Below, piece by piece: positions 63,228 to 64,000 of a stretch of DNA of 64,000 bases. This stretch comes from Leucoraja ocellata (lineage: Eukaryota): the NCBI GenBank assembly GCA_036785375.1, contig JAWMAR010000044.1, forward strand, positions 2,852,001 through 2,916,000, in the 5' to 3' direction. Made by a program: the position numbers and the translations under genes. The notes beneath the pieces were generated by a model. The model was given only the letters and a program-made list of their open reading frames with translations, did no database searches and was not told the origin of the DNA. The stretch's first letter is position 1; every line of letters starts with the position of its first letter.

Positions 63228-63928
63228 TGCCACTGCTTCTTCAGCTTGCTGGAGCTGTGAGGCTGTAGTGCAAATTGTTATGCCGTTGTGCCAATTATGC
63301 GTCAATACGGGTCCAGTGTTAAACTGTTGCAATATCTGTTTTACTCAATTGCATCAATTGATACACTGAGAATGATTTGACTCTGAGTCAAGTGGCAAAG
63401 CCAATGGCTCTCTTGCATATATCTTTATCACTGTTTGCGGCTATCACTCACAGGGTCTAAAGATGATCCTGGTGATGATTTTAACTTTTAGAAATGTGAC
63501 ACTAGCGGGCACTAATCTCATATTACTCTGTTTATATTAAAGGCAATCAGTAGAAATGTTCAGAATTTCATTTCATTCAATACATTTGTGTGGTTTAGTT
63601 TTGTTCAGAGATACAGTGCCCTTTGGCCTACCGAGTCCTTGCCAACCAGCAATCCCTATATACCAGCACTCTAGGGACAATTTACAATTTCTACCAAAGC
63701 CAATTAGCACATAAACCTGTACGGCTTTGCACAGGAGGCAGTGGAGGCCAATTCACTGGATGTTTGCAAGATAGATTTAGCTCAAGGGGGAAAGCAGGAA
63801 TGGGGTACTGATTTGCAAACCTATACTACTTTAAGAATCTCAGTTTCAGCTGAACTATATTTGAACTAAAACCATTTTCAATGCCCTGTCGTTATGTCAG
63901 AAGATGAAAGGAAAGTTAACAATTTATC

Positions 63929-64000
63929 TGTAGGAAGGAACTGCAGATGCTGCTTTAATCTGAAGATAAACGCAAAATGCTGGATTAACTCAGCAGGACA
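63929..64000 (-). mobile_element. Penelope-derived unit running off the window end
   Basis: tgtaggaaggaactgcagatgctg...aatgctggattaactcagcagg. Confidence 0.75.

Overview
This is non-coding, repeat-rich vertebrate genomic DNA, almost certainly from a cartilaginous fish (skate or ray). The identification rests on many HE1/V-SINE-type tRNA SINEs and HER1/CR1 LINE tails. I could not support any host protein-coding exon: nearly all ORFs in the track are SINE or LINE pieces or noise. The window holds about 25 V-SINEs, CR1, Rex1/Babar, Vingi and L2-tailed elements, Penelope-like (PLE) fragments, PIF/Harbinger-like MITEs, microsatellites and two assembly gaps. The main hidden signal is a set of tiny non-autonomous retroelements built around self-cleaving ribozymes. 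(i) A ~141-bp element (3354-3494, minus strand) begins exactly at G1 of a compact HDV-type ribozyme whose L3 loop (TTCACGT) matches the mammalian CPEB3 ribozyme, and it ends in a Vingi-like (AAG)n tail. (ii) An unrelated 151-bp element (60411-60561, minus strand) sits between perfect 13-bp target-site duplications (TSDs) and also begins at G1 of an HDV-type fold. (iii) About 20 PLE-derived units carry minimal hammerhead motifs, and several are discrete 120-140-bp insertions with 12-13-bp TSDs. All folds were assigned by eye and activity is untested. Repeat boundaries are approximate unless a TSD is given.
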